From an uncultured Clostridia bacterium (GTDB taxonomy: Bacteria; Bacillota; Clostridia; TANB77; CAG-508): a stretch of 40,761 nucleotides of DNA. How positions within the stretch are numbered: position 1 is the stretch's first letter; the number at the start of each line of letters is the position of its first letter. The stretch lies in contig CALXAU010000003.1 in the NCBI GenBank assembly GCA_944386355.1, positions 1-40,761 on the forward strand. Direction: 5' to 3'. The position numbers and the translations under genes were made by a program. This document shows, one piece after another, positions 1-10,598 of the stretch. Under the pieces are notes generated by a model. It did no database searches. It was not told where the DNA came from and saw nothing but the letters and a program-made list of their open reading frames with translations.

Positions 1-49
1 ACTATTAAAATTTTCAATTAAAAAAACTCTATTATTTTTTTTAATTATG

Positions 50-58
50 TGATATAAT
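50..58 (+). promoter_or_regulatory. Putative extended -10 promoter (TGnTATAAT) for the antitoxin-fic operon
   Basis: TGATATAAT at 50-58, upstream of an AAGGAGG RBS and the ATG at 85. Confidence 0.55.
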
Positions 59-84
59 AATAATGTGTGTTAAAGGAGGTAAAT

Positions 85-261
85 ATGTCTAAAGAAGAAA
101 AATTTGAATTTGACATTGCTAATTTAAAAAAAGATTTAGCAATAGAAGACATGCCCGTTTATGAAGAAGACGTAGCCTTACTTAGAAGATATTTTAATGA
201 AGAAATTACTATGACCGAAATGGTTAATCAAATTAAGAATTCTATAATTCAAGAGGGTTAA
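85..261 (+). CDS. Small VbhA/FicA-like antitoxin
   Basis: 58 aa from ATG85 (AAGGAGG RBS), directly upstream of fic; DLAIED resembles the (S/G)xxxE(G/N) inhibitory helix. Confidence 0.7.
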   Translation: MSKEEKFEFDIANLKKDLAIEDMPVYEEDVALLRRYFNEEITMTEMVNQIKNSIIQEG

Positions 262-264
262 TAT

Positions 265-870
265 ATGTATGATTTATATGAAGCAAGAAATTCTATATAT
301 TGCTATAAAAATAGCAATATATTAAAAAATAATTTGAATATAAAAGATAATAAATTATTAGAGAATTTTGAAAGAAAATTAGTAATTGCTAAATTGTATG
401 ATTTAAGACAAAATAATAAGATTGGTAATTTTGATATACAACATTTTGTTAATATTCATAAGTATTTATTTGAAGATATTTATCCTTTTGCTGGTCGTTT
501 TAGAACAGAAAATATAGCAAAAGGTAATTTTAGTTTTGCAGAATGGGAATTTATTGAAGATGAATTACAAAAACTTCTATTTAAATTAAAAGAAGAGAAC
601 TATTTATTAAATCTATCAAAAGAAATTCTTTCAAATAAATTAGCCTTTTATATGTCGGAATTAAATGTATTACATCCTTTCCGTGAAGGAAATGGAAGAA
701 CTATAAGAGAATTTATAAGACAATTAGCATTTAAAAATGGTTACGCTTTGGATTTGCAAAATATTGAACCAAAACAAATGCTAAATGCATGTATAAAATC
801 TGTAGTTAATACAACTGATTTAGAAAATTTACTATTAAAATGTCTAACAAAAATAGAACATGTATATTAA
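265..870 (+). CDS. fic: Fic-domain protein (putative AMP transferase)
   Basis: Canonical motif HPFREGNGRTIR; N-terminal YCY...LKN typical of Fic proteins. Confidence 0.93.
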   Translation: MYDLYEARNSIYCYKNSNILKNNLNIKDNKLLENFERKLVIAKLYDLRQNNKIGNFDIQHFVNIHKYLFEDIYPFAGRFRTENIAKGNFSFAEWEFIEDELQKLLFKLKEENYLLNLSKEILSNKLAFYMSELNVLHPFREGNGRTIREFIRQLAFKNGYALDLQNIEPKQMLNACIKSVVNTTDLENLLLKCLTKIEHVY

Positions 871-2114
871 ATTAGTATATTTTCATCTTTTATATAATAT
901 TTTGTTCCTACCATTTTATCAGGTAAATATTGTTGTTCTACCCAATGTCCTGGAAAATCATGTGGGTACAAATAACCTTGGCTATATCCTAGCTCTTTCA
1001 TTTTTTCTATAGGTGCATTTCTTATTGCCATTGGAATTTCTCCAGTATCTTTAGTTTTAACATCTTCTATTGCTTTATTAATTCCAATATAAGTTGCATT
1101 TGACTTTTTTGAAGTTGCAATATATACAGCAGCTTCAGATAAAATAATTCTTGCCTCAGGCATTCCTATCATATGTACAGCTTGCATTGCACTATTTGCT
1201 ACAACTAATGCATTTGGATTTGCCATTCCTACATCTTCAGCTGCACAAATTACAATTCTTCTTGCTAAAAAGAGTGGATCTTCTCCCCCTTCTAAAGCTT
1301 TGGCTAAATAGAAGATTGTTGCATCTGGGTCTGAACCTCTCATTGATTTTATAAAAGCACTTATTGTATCATAATGGCTATCTCCATTTTTATCAAATAT
1401 TGCTTTTTTATTTTGTATACAATTTTTTATAATTTCATCTGTTATTTCTATTTTTCCTTGTTGATTCATATTTGTTGTAAGTACTGCAATTTCTAATCCA
1501 TTTAAAGCTGTTCTTACATCTCCATTTGATATGACTGCAAGTTTTCTTAATGTTTCTTCTCTTATTTCTATTTTGTATTCTCCAAGTCCTTCTTTTCTTG
1601 TTAAGGCGTTTTCTAATATTGTTACTATATTTTCTATCGTTAGTGGTTCTAGTTTTATCACCATTGATCTAGATATAAGTGCTTTATTTACTTCGAAATA
1701 AGGATTTTCAGTTGTTGCTCCAATTAAAATTATTGTACCATTTTCTACAAAAGGTAATAATGCATCTTGTTGTAGTTTATTAAATCTATGTATTTCATCT
1801 ATGAATAATATACTTTTACCGATTGGATTTAACATAAAGTTTTTGGTTTCTTCTATTACTTTTTTTATTTCTGCAACTCCTGATGTTACAGCATTTATTT
1901 TATAAAATTTATATTTTGTTGTTTCACTTATTACTTTTGCAAGAGATGTTTTACCACATCCAGGTGGGCCAAATAATATTAAACTGGATAATCTGTCAGC
2001 CTTGATTGTACGATATAATATTTTGTCCTTTCCTAAAACATGTTCTTGTCCTATATATTCTTCTAGCTTTTTAGGTCTTACTCTAAAAGCTAATGGTTCA
2101 TTGTGTTCTATCAT
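867..2114 (-). CDS. rarA: Replication-associated recombination protein A (RarA/MgsA AAA+ ATPase)
   Basis: PLAFRVRP, Walker A GPPGCGKT, FIDEIHRFNK, GATTENP, SAFIKSMRGSDPD, YPHD. Confidence 0.95.
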   Translation of the reverse strand: MIEHNEPLAFRVRPKKLEEYIGQEHVLGKDKILYRTIKADRLSSLILFGPPGCGKTSLAKVISETTKYKFYKINAVTSGVAEIKKVIEETKNFMLNPIGKSILFIDEIHRFNKLQQDALLPFVENGTIILIGATTENPYFEVNKALISRSMVIKLEPLTIENIVTILENALTRKEGLGEYKIEIREETLRKLAVISNGDVRTALNGLEIAVLTTNMNQQGKIEITDEIIKNCIQNKKAIFDKNGDSHYDTISAFIKSMRGSDPDATIFYLAKALEGGEDPLFLARRIVICAAEDVGMANPNALVVANSAMQAVHMIGMPEARIILSEAAVYIATSKKSNATYIGINKAIEDVKTKDTGEIPMAIRNAPIEKMKELGYSQGYLYPHDFPGHWVEQQYLPDKMVGTKYYIKDENILI

Positions 2115-2220
2115 CTAAACTTTCCCTCCCTTATCCTCATATCTCTAATCTTTGTTTTTACAATTCTTTTATTATTTCTTGAGGAGTTATTTTAAGTCCA
2201 GTTACCTTTTGAGCAATAAA

Positions 2221-2820
2221 TTAATTTGACAAAATATTTAATCCTTTTCTAATTAATTCCTCTGTTGTTAAACTTGCTTTTTCTAATTTTGAAAAGGCTT
2301 TTTCTATTTCTTTTCTATTGTACCCTAATACTTGTAGTGCTTCAATTGCTTCTTGCATTTTATTTTCTCCACTTATAGGTTGTATCATCTGAATAGTACT
2401 ATTTTTATCTATATTTTCTTTCTTTAATTTGTCTTTTAATTCTAATATTATCCTTTGAGCAGATTTTGCTCCTATTCCTGGTATTTTTGTAAGTGTTGCT
2501 ACATCTTCTGAAATTATTGCTAAAGCAAAATTCGAAGGATCTATTACTGCAAGCATTGTTAATGCTGTTTTTGCACCAACTCCACTTACTCCTATTAATA
2601 GTTCAAACATTCTTAATTCTTCCATAGTACAAAAGCCATATAAGCTTATATCATCTTCTCTTACATGATGATGTGTATATACTTTAACATTATCTCCTAT
2701 ATTCCCAAGTTTTTCTATAGAATTGTCAGACATAAATACTTTGTATCCTAATCCACCAACATCTATAACTACAAAACCTGTCATTTTTATTTCTAATTTT
2801 CCTTTTACTAATGTTATCAT
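2221..2820 (-). CDS. ruvA: Holliday junction branch migration protein RuvA
   Basis: VIDVGGLGY, VREDDISLYGF, HhH motifs VSGVGAK and IPGIGAKSAQRIILEL, C-terminal AIEALQVLGY. Confidence 0.95.
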   Translation of the reverse strand: MITLVKGKLEIKMTGFVVIDVGGLGYKVFMSDNSIEKLGNIGDNVKVYTHHHVREDDISLYGFCTMEELRMFELLIGVSGVGAKTALTMLAVIDPSNFALAIISEDVATLTKIPGIGAKSAQRIILELKDKLKKENIDKNSTIQMIQPISGENKMQEAIEALQVLGYNRKEIEKAFSKLEKASLTTEELIRKGLNILSN

Positions 2821-2917
2821 TTTTTATTTTCTATACTTTTATATAGATTGTCTCTCCTTTTTGAATATTTAGATTTTTATCTGTTAATTTTTAATTAGGT
2901 ATTATCTATAAACCTTT

Positions 2918-3472
2918 TTAAGTATTATAAAAATATGTTGCTTCTAAATCTGCTTCATGTGTTAAAAGTGCAAGTGGATACTTTTTATATGCAAGTCCTA
3001 TTGTATTGTATAGTTCTTTTGGCTCAGTATACCCCATATGCCACCTTATTGAATATTTTTCCTCTGGGGTTAGCTTCATATATTCTGTAATCATCATTAC
3101 AGATTTTTCTCCATGCCCATATGGTATTGTATCATCTACTGTATAATATGGCACTTTTTCCCACACTCCTAATGCATTTTTGGCATTTCTATAATCTATT
3201 TTATAAAAATTCGCCTTACATAAGTCATGTAATAATGCAACAATTATTATTGTTTCATCTTTTACCTCTATTTTTTCTATATTTGTTTCTACTTTATGTT
3301 TTAATATTTCGTATACTTTTAAACTATGTTCTACTAATCCTCCTTCATGATCACCATGAAATCTTGTGCTTGCTGGTGCTCTAAAAAAATCGGTTTTTTC
3401 TATAAAATCAATTAATTCTTCTATTCCTTCTCTCTTTACTGTTTTTAATAGTTCTAAATATTTTTCTTTCAT
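2918..3472 (-). CDS. HD-domain phosphohydrolase
   Basis: APASTRFH..GGLVEHS, LLHDLCK, GHGEKS, IRWHMG, HEAD. Confidence 0.85.
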   Translation of the reverse strand: MKEKYLELLKTVKREGIEELIDFIEKTDFFRAPASTRFHGDHEGGLVEHSLKVYEILKHKVETNIEKIEVKDETIIIVALLHDLCKANFYKIDYRNAKNALGVWEKVPYYTVDDTIPYGHGEKSVMMITEYMKLTPEEKYSIRWHMGYTEPKELYNTIGLAYKKYPLALLTHEADLEATYFYNT

Positions 3473-3515
3473 CTAAAAATCTATTCCTTTCTTACTTTAC
3501 TCGAAAGCACATATA
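3473..3515 (-). repeat. Leader/RBS cassette repeat (family C), copy upstream of the HD hydrolase
   Basis: TATATGTGCTTTCGAGTAAAGTAAGAAAGGAATAGATTTTTAG-ATG, similar to copies at 10556, 13935 and 26308; a degenerate tandem copy lies at about 3536-3582. Confidence 0.65.
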
Positions 3516-3626
3516 GTTATAAAATATTTGTCTTTCAAACTAAAAGTCATGCCTTTCTATCTTTGATCTCACAGTGCACATACAGATATGAAAAAATTTT
3601 TTTAAATTAAATTTTTATTAGCTTTT

Positions 3627-4859
3627 TTAGTATTTATTATTTATTCTCTCCATAGCTTCTATTGTATTCTCTCTTGTTCCAAAAGCTGTTAATCTAAAAT
3701 ATCCTTCTCCATGAGGGCCAAATCCACTACCTGGAGTTCCAACAATATTATATTTTTCTAAAAGTTCATCAAAAAATTCCCAAGAAGTCATTCCTTCTGG
3801 CACTTTAAGCCATACATATGGAGAGTTTTTTCCACCATAAACTGTGTATCCTGATTTTTCTAAACCTTCTTTTATGATTTTTGCATTTTCTAAATAATAA
3901 TTAATATTTTCTTTTATTTGTTCTTTTCCTTCTTTACAATATACCGCTTCTGCACCTCTTTGAACAACATAAGATACTCCATTAAATTTTGTACAAGTTC
4001 TTCTATTCCATAATTTATTTAAACTTATTTCTTCTTGTTTTTTTGTATATCCTTTAAGTTTTTTTGGAACAACAACATATGCACATCTTAATCCTGTAAA
4101 TCCTGCTGTTTTTGAAAAACTTCTAAATTCTATTGCAACCTCTTTTGCACCTTCTACCTCATAAATACTATGTGGAATATTTTCTTCTGTTATAAATGCC
4201 TCATATGCAGAATCATACAATATTACTGCTTTATTTTCTTTTGCATATTCTATCCATTTTTTTAATTCTTTTTTATCTAAAACAGTCCCTGTTGGGTTAT
4301 TTGGAAAACAAAGATATATCATATCAACTTTTTCTTTTGGTAATTCTGGTTTAAAGTCATTTTGTGCTGTTACTGGCAAATATACAATGTTTTCATAAAT
4401 ATTTTTGTCTTCATCCCATTTTCCGCTTCTTCCTGACATAACATTTGTATCAAGATATACTGGATAAACTGGATCTGTTATAGCAACTTTATTATCTTGT
4501 GCAAATATATCTACTATATTTCCACAATCACATTTTGCACCGTCAGATACAAAAATTTCATCTTCTTCTATTTCTATTCCTCTTGATTTATAATCATTTT
4601 CAACAATTGCTTTTCTTAAAAAATCATATCCTTGTTCTGGTCCATATCCTCTAAACCCTTCTTGTGTTCCTTGTTCCTCTACCGCTTTTTTCATTGCCCT
4701 TATAACAGCTGGAACAATAGGTCTTGTTACATCTCCTATTCCTAATTTTATTACTTTTTTATCTGGATTTTTTTCAGTATATTCTGCTACTTTTTTAGCT
4801 ATTGTAGAAAATAAATAACTATCTTGTAAATTCATAAAATTTTCATTTATTTTTATCAT
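3627..4859 (-). CDS. dapL: LL-diaminopimelate aminotransferase
   Basis: [33 protein letters not shown] lysine in [19 protein letters not shown]. Confidence 0.96.
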   Translation of the reverse strand: MIKINENFMNLQDSYLFSTIAKKVAEYTEKNPDKKVIKLGIGDVTRPIVPAVIRAMKKAVEEQGTQEGFRGYGPEQGYDFLRKAIVENDYKSRGIEIEEDEIFVSDGAKCDCGNIVDIFAQDNKVAITDPVYPVYLDTNVMSGRSGKWDEDKNIYENIVYLPVTAQNDFKPELPKEKVDMIYLCFPNNPTGTVLDKKELKKWIEYAKENKAVILYDSAYEAFITEENIPHSIYEVEGAKEVAIEFRSFSKTAGFTGLRCAYVVVPKKLKGYTKKQEEISLNKLWNRRTCTKFNGVSYVVQRGAEAVYCKEGKEQIKENINYYLENAKIIKEGLEKSGYTVYGGKNSPYVWLKVPEGMTSWEFFDELLEKYNIVGTPGSGFGPHGEGYFRLTAFGTRENTIEAMERINNKY

Positions 4860-4879
4860 AGTTTACATCTCCTATCTAA

Positions 4880-7240
4880 TTATTTTTTCTCCGAAAGAAT
4901 TTTTTCTATAATCTCATTAACAATTATTCTTTCATCAAATGGATATTTTACATGATTTATTTCTTGATATGGTTCATGTCCTTTTCCTGCAAGTATTACT
5001 ACATCATCTTTATTTGCCATTCTAATTGCTTTTTCTATTGCTTCTACTCTATCTACTATACATTCATATTTTCCATTTGTATTTTTTATTCCTTCTTCTA
5101 TTTGATTAACTATTAATTGTGGATCTTCTGTTCTTGGATTATCTGATGTTATTATTGTATAATCTGCTATTTTTCCAGAGATTTCTCCCATTTGAGGACG
5201 TTTTTTTGCATCTCTGTCTCCTCCACAACCAAATACAGATATAACTCTTCCTTTTACATATCCTTTTGTTGCTGTAAGTATATTTTCTAAAGATTTTGAA
5301 GAATGTGCATAGTCTATCATTATAGCTATATCCAGTTTGTTTGGTACTAGTTCACTTCTTCCACATACACTAATATTTTTTAAACTTTCTTTGATAATCT
5401 TCATATTTACATCTAATTTTAATGCTATAGACATAGCTGCTAAAGCATTGTATACAGTAAATTCTCCTGGTATCCCTATTTTTATATTTTCTTTTTCTGA
5501 ATTATATGTTACATCAAAAGTAACTTCTTTGTTAGTAATTTGAATATTTTCAGCTTTTAAATCTGCCTCTTTATATATTCCATATGTCAATAAATTAGAA
5601 TCTGGCATTATATCTTTAATTGTACATACTTTTGGATCATCTATATTTATACTTCCATTTTTACAAAGTTCAAAAAGCTTTAATTTTGCGTTAAAATATT
5701 CTTCCATATCCTTGTGCTCTCTTGCACTTATATGATCTTCTGAGAAATTTGTAAATAGTACATATTTAAAATTACATCCTGCTACTCTATCTAACATTAA
5801 ACTTTGAGATGAAACTTCCATAACTACAGTATCAACATCTTCTTCAACCATTTTTGAAAACAATTCTTGTAGATGTTCACTTTCTGGTGTAGTTCTTTCA
5901 CTATCTTCTATTTTTTTATCTCCTATATATGTTGCTATAGTTCCTATTAATCCTACTTTTTTACCTGCTTTTTCTAATATGTTTTTTATCATATAAGAAG
6001 TTGTTGTTTTTCCTTTTGTTCCTGTAATTCCTATTAAATCAAATCTTTTTGACGGATTTTTATAGAAATTAGCTGAAGCTAATGCTAATGTTAATCTTGT
6101 ATTAGTACTTTCTATAACTGTTATATTTTTTGGAATTTCGTATTTTTGTACATCTGCACCTTTTTCAATTATTATTGCTGAAACACCTTTTCTTATTGCA
6201 TCTGGTATATATTTATGTCCGTCTGTTTCAAATCCTTTTATTGCAACAAACATTGAATTTTCCTTTATTTTTCTTGAATCACTAGTTACTTTTGTAATAT
6301 TAATATCTGTATCTCCATTTATCTTTAAATTATCTATCCCTTTTAATATATCTTCTAATTTCATATTATATTCTCTCCTATCTATTGGTTTATATAAATT
6401 TTTTTCGTCAAAAATTTCTCCTTCGAAAACAGTTGTTGCAGGTCCTGTCATATATACATGATTATTTTTCTTATTCCATTCTATTATTAAGTTTCCTCCT
6501 AATAATTCTACTTCTACTTTATTGTTAGTAATTTCATTTAATACACAGCTTACAACAGCAGCACATGCACCTGTTCCACATGCTAATGTTTCTCCTGCAC
6601 CTCTCTCCCATACTCTAAATTTTATTTTGTTTCTATCAATTACTTCTATAAATTCAACATTTGTTTTTTTAGGAAACACATCATTTACTTCAACTAGTTC
6701 TCCATATTTTTCTACATCAAATTTTCTCACATCATCTACTATTGTAACAGCATGTGGATTTCCCATAGAAACACATGTAAATTTAAATACTTTATCATAT
6801 ATAAATAATTCTAAATTTTTCACTGGATTTTCTTTTGTAATTACTGGTATTTCTTTTGGTTCAAGTATTGGTTCTCCCATATCTACTTTTACTGTTTCAA
6901 CTTTTCCTTCTTTTGTATGTAATTCTAAAGTTTTTATTCCTCCTAGTGTTTCAATTGTTAGTATTTTTTTGTCTGTTAAATTTTTATCATATACAAATTT
7001 ACTAACACATCTAATTCCATTTCCACACATTTCCGCTTCGCTTCCGTCAGAATTAAACATTCTCATTTTGAAATCAGCTTTTTCACTCTTACATATTAGA
7101 ATAAGCCCGTCTGATCCTACTCCGAAATTTCTATTGCTTACATAACGCGCTAACTGATTTGGATTTTTTATTTCTTTCTTTGTACAATCAATATATACAT
7201 AATCATTGCCTATCCCATGCATTTTTGTGAATTTAATCAT
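4880..7240 (-). CDS. dapF-murE: In-frame fusion of diaminopimelate epimerase DapF (about 7240-6408) and MurE ligase (from ATG 6364)
   Basis: DapF: [33 protein letters not shown]. MurE: [32 protein letters not shown] and meso-DAP motif DNPR. Internal AGGAG RBS precedes the murE ATG. Confidence 0.9.
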   Translation of the reverse strand: MIKFTKMHGIGNDYVYIDCTKKEIKNPNQLARYVSNRNFGVGSDGLILICKSEKADFKMRMFNSDGSEAEMCGNGIRCVSKFVYDKNLTDKKILTIETLGGIKTLELHTKEGKVETVKVDMGEPILEPKEIPVITKENPVKNLELFIYDKVFKFTCVSMGNPHAVTIVDDVRKFDVEKYGELVEVNDVFPKKTNVEFIEVIDRNKIKFRVWERGAGETLACGTGACAAVVSCVLNEITNNKVEVELLGGNLIIEWNKKNNHVYMTGPATTVFEGEIFDEKNLYKPIDRREYNMKLEDILKGIDNLKINGDTDINITKVTSDSRKIKENSMFVAIKGFETDGHKYIPDAIRKGVSAIIIEKGADVQKYEIPKNITVIESTNTRLTLALASANFYKNPSKRFDLIGITGTKGKTTTSYMIKNILEKAGKKVGLIGTIATYIGDKKIEDSERTTPESEHLQELFSKMVEEDVDTVVMEVSSQSLMLDRVAGCNFKYVLFTNFSEDHISAREHKDMEEYFNAKLKLFELCKNGSINIDDPKVCTIKDIMPDSNLLTYGIYKEADLKAENIQITNKEVTFDVTYNSEKENIKIGIPGEFTVYNALAAMSIALKLDVNMKIIKESLKNISVCGRSELVPNKLDIAIMIDYAHSSKSLENILTATKGYVKGRVISVFGCGGDRDAKKRPQMGEISGKIADYTIITSDNPRTEDPQLIVNQIEEGIKNTNGKYECIVDRVEAIEKAIRMANKDDVVILAGKGHEPYQEINHVKYPFDERIIVNEIIEKILSEKK

Positions 7241-7366
7241 TCTATCACCTTTTTAGTTTTTATTTATATTAGGGATATAATTATATCTCTTCTGTTCGTT
7301 ATTCTAGCATATTACAATTTAGTTGTAAAGGATATTGAAACAAAAGCGACATAATTAAAAAGGAGA

Positions 7367-8068
7367 TTAAATATTAATTCCCCTTTTATAACCATAAAAA
7401 GCTGTTTTTTTACTTTTATATGCAGCCCACATTTTATCTCCATAACAAAAATGCCACCATTCTGCTGGAAAATTTGCAAAACCTAATTTCTGCATTTTAT
7501 TTAATAAGATTTCTCTATTTTTTATAACATTACTATTTATATTTTTAGAATAAGTTTTTGTATTTTCATTGTATTCTTCATATTTCGTTCCCATATCTAA
7601 TTCATTACCATCTAAGTCTGTTATAGTTAAATCAATTGCTCCGCCAGTTTGATGTCCTCCAACATTTTTTAAATCTTTAGGATTTGCAACTTTTAAATTT
7701 GTTAATCTTTCTATTTCTTCAGGGGGTAATCCTGGATTTTCTTTTTTAGTTTCTTCCAATCTTTTTTCCCATGATTGCTCTTGCTCTTCTTTACTTCTAT
7801 ATGCGTCATAAATTTTTATTCTTAAATTTTCTTTTAATAAATCTTCTGCAAGTTTATATATTTTTTCACATACTGACTTTCTTAAAAAAATTGGTTCTTT
7901 CATTCTTTTATCTACTATTATTCTATATTTTTTTGTTTCTACTTCTTGCAGTTCCTCTCCACATTCTTTTACTTTTACTCTATTTATAATTTTATTTGGA
8001 AGTATTTTTCTAATATGTAATTTAAATAAAATATAATTAATCCAAACTTTATATTCTATCACTATCAT
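7367..8068 (-). CDS. D-Ala-D-Ala dipeptidase-like zinc peptidase (VanX / M15 family)
   Basis: DAYRS, GHQTGGAIDLT, LDMGT, EWWHF motifs. Confidence 0.85.
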   Translation of the reverse strand: MIVIEYKVWINYILFKLHIRKILPNKIINRVKVKECGEELQEVETKKYRIIVDKRMKEPIFLRKSVCEKIYKLAEDLLKENLRIKIYDAYRSKEEQEQSWEKRLEETKKENPGLPPEEIERLTNLKVANPKDLKNVGGHQTGGAIDLTITDLDGNELDMGTKYEEYNENTKTYSKNINSNVIKNREILLNKMQKLGFANFPAEWWHFCYGDKMWAAYKSKKTAFYGYKRGINI

Positions 8069-9473
8069 AGCTCCTTATTTCTTTTTTAAAATTGTTATAG
8101 ATTTCTTGAACTTTTTCATATGAGTCTTCTATAGTTACAGTTTTTAAATAATATTTATCATCTACTATTTGAGTTACATCATTTAGAACTACAGGAAGAA
8201 TTCCTTTATAATTACTTTTTTCCATTTTGTAAAGATTATTTTTTGCGAAACTTGAAATTGTTTCCATTGCCTTTTTGTCAAGCCTTACAGCATTTGAAAA
8301 AGATAGTCCATATATTGGTTTATTATTATAATACTCTGAAGTATGAATATTTTTTAGTAACATTGTACCTGCTGAAAATCTAGCATTTGGATCTATATTA
8401 TATCCTTTTATTTCTCCTGTTTCTGAATTCTGAACTATTAAAACATCTATTGTAATAAATCCCCTATAACCTTCTTTTGCATATGCGATAAAAGCTTCTT
8501 TGGCTACCTCTTGCGCTATTCCTATATATTTCCTTGTTTTGTCTGTTACAACACTTCCTATATAACTGCCATTTTTCGTTTCTTGACTAACTCCTCCTAA
8601 TATAGTAACTGTGTCGCTTGAGATTACAGCTTCTACACCTATATTTTCTATTTCTTTTTCATTCTTCATTGAATTAACATCAACTTCTATTATAAGTGGC
8701 ATTTCCTCATTAATATATTGACTTGTATATATTTTACTTGCAATTTTTTCTACTTTTTGTTTTATCTCTTGCAAATCTTCATTTATATCAATCTTTATAT
8801 TGCCTGTTCCAGATAATTGGGATTCTAATTTTATCCAAAAAATATTGTCTTCCATAATATTATTTGTTTCTTCTCTTAAAATTTTTATTACATTTTCTAT
8901 ATTATTTAACCCACAAAAATATTTTCCTTTTGGTGTTGAAAATCTATATTTCTCAGAAATTTTTTTTAAAAAATATTTAGAATTAAATTTTACTTGTTCA
9001 TCCACCTTCATTAATAATTTTCCATTTATTAGTTTAGCCGTTTCTTCGTCTTCTTGGCTTAAATATGAAGAAACTATTGTAAATCCTTCTAATTTTTCTC
9101 TTAAATTTTCATCTTCTTTTACCTTTTTATTAAGCATATATGAAACACTATTATATGGATAATCTATCTTTTTATCTTCTCCTACTTGTATTATATTTTC
9201 AATGTTTATTATATTATTTTCATTATAATATTCTAATAAACTTTTTTCTATGTAAGATACTGCCGTTTTTGCACCATTTTCTTTATTTGAAGAGTATGCC
9301 ATAATTTCTGAATATATCATACGTCCTTTATTAATCTGTGCTCTCTTTTTTCCAGCTTCTGTATTTTCATTAAATGATGTTGAATGTAAAAATATAGTTT
9401 TTGCTGGTTCTAAATTTAAGTATTCTGCTATATCATCAAGCCCGTTTGGTATTTTTTTATATTGTACTTTCAT
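8049..9473 (-). CDS. Putative ATP-grasp ligase of unknown substrate
   Basis: WIKLESQLSGTGN, PLIIE, GYRGFITIDVL, IDPNARFS in ATP-grasp motif order; overlaps the downstream peptidase by 20 nt. Confidence 0.6.
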   Translation of the reverse strand: MKVQYKKIPNGLDDIAEYLNLEPAKTIFLHSTSFNENTEAGKKRAQINKGRMIYSEIMAYSSNKENGAKTAVSYIEKSLLEYYNENNIINIENIIQVGEDKKIDYPYNSVSYMLNKKVKEDENLREKLEGFTIVSSYLSQEDEETAKLINGKLLMKVDEQVKFNSKYFLKKISEKYRFSTPKGKYFCGLNNIENVIKILREETNNIMEDNIFWIKLESQLSGTGNIKIDINEDLQEIKQKVEKIASKIYTSQYINEEMPLIIEVDVNSMKNEKEIENIGVEAVISSDTVTILGGVSQETKNGSYIGSVVTDKTRKYIGIAQEVAKEAFIAYAKEGYRGFITIDVLIVQNSETGEIKGYNIDPNARFSAGTMLLKNIHTSEYYNNKPIYGLSFSNAVRLDKKAMETISSFAKNNLYKMEKSNYKGILPVVLNDVTQIVDDKYYLKTVTIEDSYEKVQEIYNNFKKEIRSYDSDRI

Positions 9474-9815
9474 AAAAAATCAAATCCTTTCTTGCTTATC
9501 TTAAATAAATAGGATTAAAAAACTATTCTTTTAAACTATCCTTCTTATATGGTCTTAAGCTTTTTAATTTTATTTGGATTATAACATATCTATATTGTTT
9601 TATCAATTATTGCAATTACAAACCTTTAGTTTTTTGTTACAGGATAATATTTATTTAGGCAATGCTGTCAACATAAGATTATCTATTTAGTAACACCATT
9701 AATTAGTAACCACCTTTTCTTAAAATTTTTTTAATTCTATTTTAAATTATTCAAAATTATTGTATAATGATACAAAAAAAGGAGAATTGTTAGAAAAACT
9801 AGCAAAACAATAGAT

Positions 9816-10511
9816 ATGAAATTATTTAAAAAAATATTATTATTTATTTTACTTGTTATAATTGTAATTATAAGTATTCTAATATGGCAAGGATTTAGTT
9901 ATTATTCTAAAATTTTGAAAGAAAAACCACTAATTGATAGAATTTCAGCGATAACTGAAAAAGAAAATTATGTTTCATTTGATGATATGTGTGAAGATTA
10001 TAGAAATGCAGTAATAGCAACAGAAGACCATAGATATTATACACATGGTGCAATAGATCCAATAGGTATCTTAAGAGCTTTTTATACTAATATTAGAGAT
10101 TGGGAATTTGATGAAGGTGGCAGTACCATTACTCAACAGGTATGTAAGAATGTTTTTTTTACACAAGAAAAAAGTTCTACTAGAAAAATTGCTGAAATTT
10201 TTGCAGCGTATGATTTAGAAAAAAACTATTCTAAAAATGAAATTTTTGCACTATATGCCAATACTTCTTATTTCGGAGATGGCTATTATGGTATTTATGA
10301 TGCAAGTATGGGATACTATAATAAGACTCCTAAAGAACTTAATTTAAATGAAGCATCTATGCTTGCGGGAGTTCCTAATGCTCCTTCTTTGTATGCACCT
10401 ACTGTTAATTTAGATTTAGCAAAAAAAAGGCAAGCTCATGTTTTAAATAAAATGGTGGAATATGGATATATTTCTGAAGAAGAAGCAAAGGAAGTAAAAT
10501 TACAACAATAA
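9816..10511 (+). CDS. Monofunctional peptidoglycan transglycosylase (GT51)
   Basis: N-terminal TM, EDHRYYTHG, GGSTITQQ, RKIAE, YFGDG, LAGVPNAP; no transpeptidase domain. Confidence 0.9.
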   Translation: MKLFKKILLFILLVIIVIISILIWQGFSYYSKILKEKPLIDRISAITEKENYVSFDDMCEDYRNAVIATEDHRYYTHGAIDPIGILRAFYTNIRDWEFDEGGSTITQQVCKNVFFTQEKSSTRKIAEIFAAYDLEKNYSKNEIFALYANTSYFGDGYYGIYDASMGYYNKTPKELNLNEASMLAGVPNAPSLYAPTVNLDLAKKRQAHVLNKMVEYGYISEEEAKEVKLQQ

Positions 10512-10555
10512 TTGTAACATACATAAATATTTTTTCATAAATTTTCATATAATTC

Positions 10556-10598
10556 TATAAGAGCCTTTAAGCAATGCTAGAAAGGAATTTAATTTTAT
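10556..10598 (+). repeat. Leader/RBS cassette repeat (family C)
   Basis: TATAAGAGCCTTTAAGCAATGCTAGAAAGGAATTTAATTTTAT-ATG. Confidence 0.6.

Noticed and set aside
2452-2454. AGG as a second shift-prone or reassigned codon
   Set aside because: In ruvA, AGG-A is in frame at the conserved Arg of AQRII with no frame break
7367-9473. Canonical vancomycin-resistance (van) cluster
   Set aside because: No vanH, vanR or vanS, and the ligase lacks recognisable Ddl/VanA motifs
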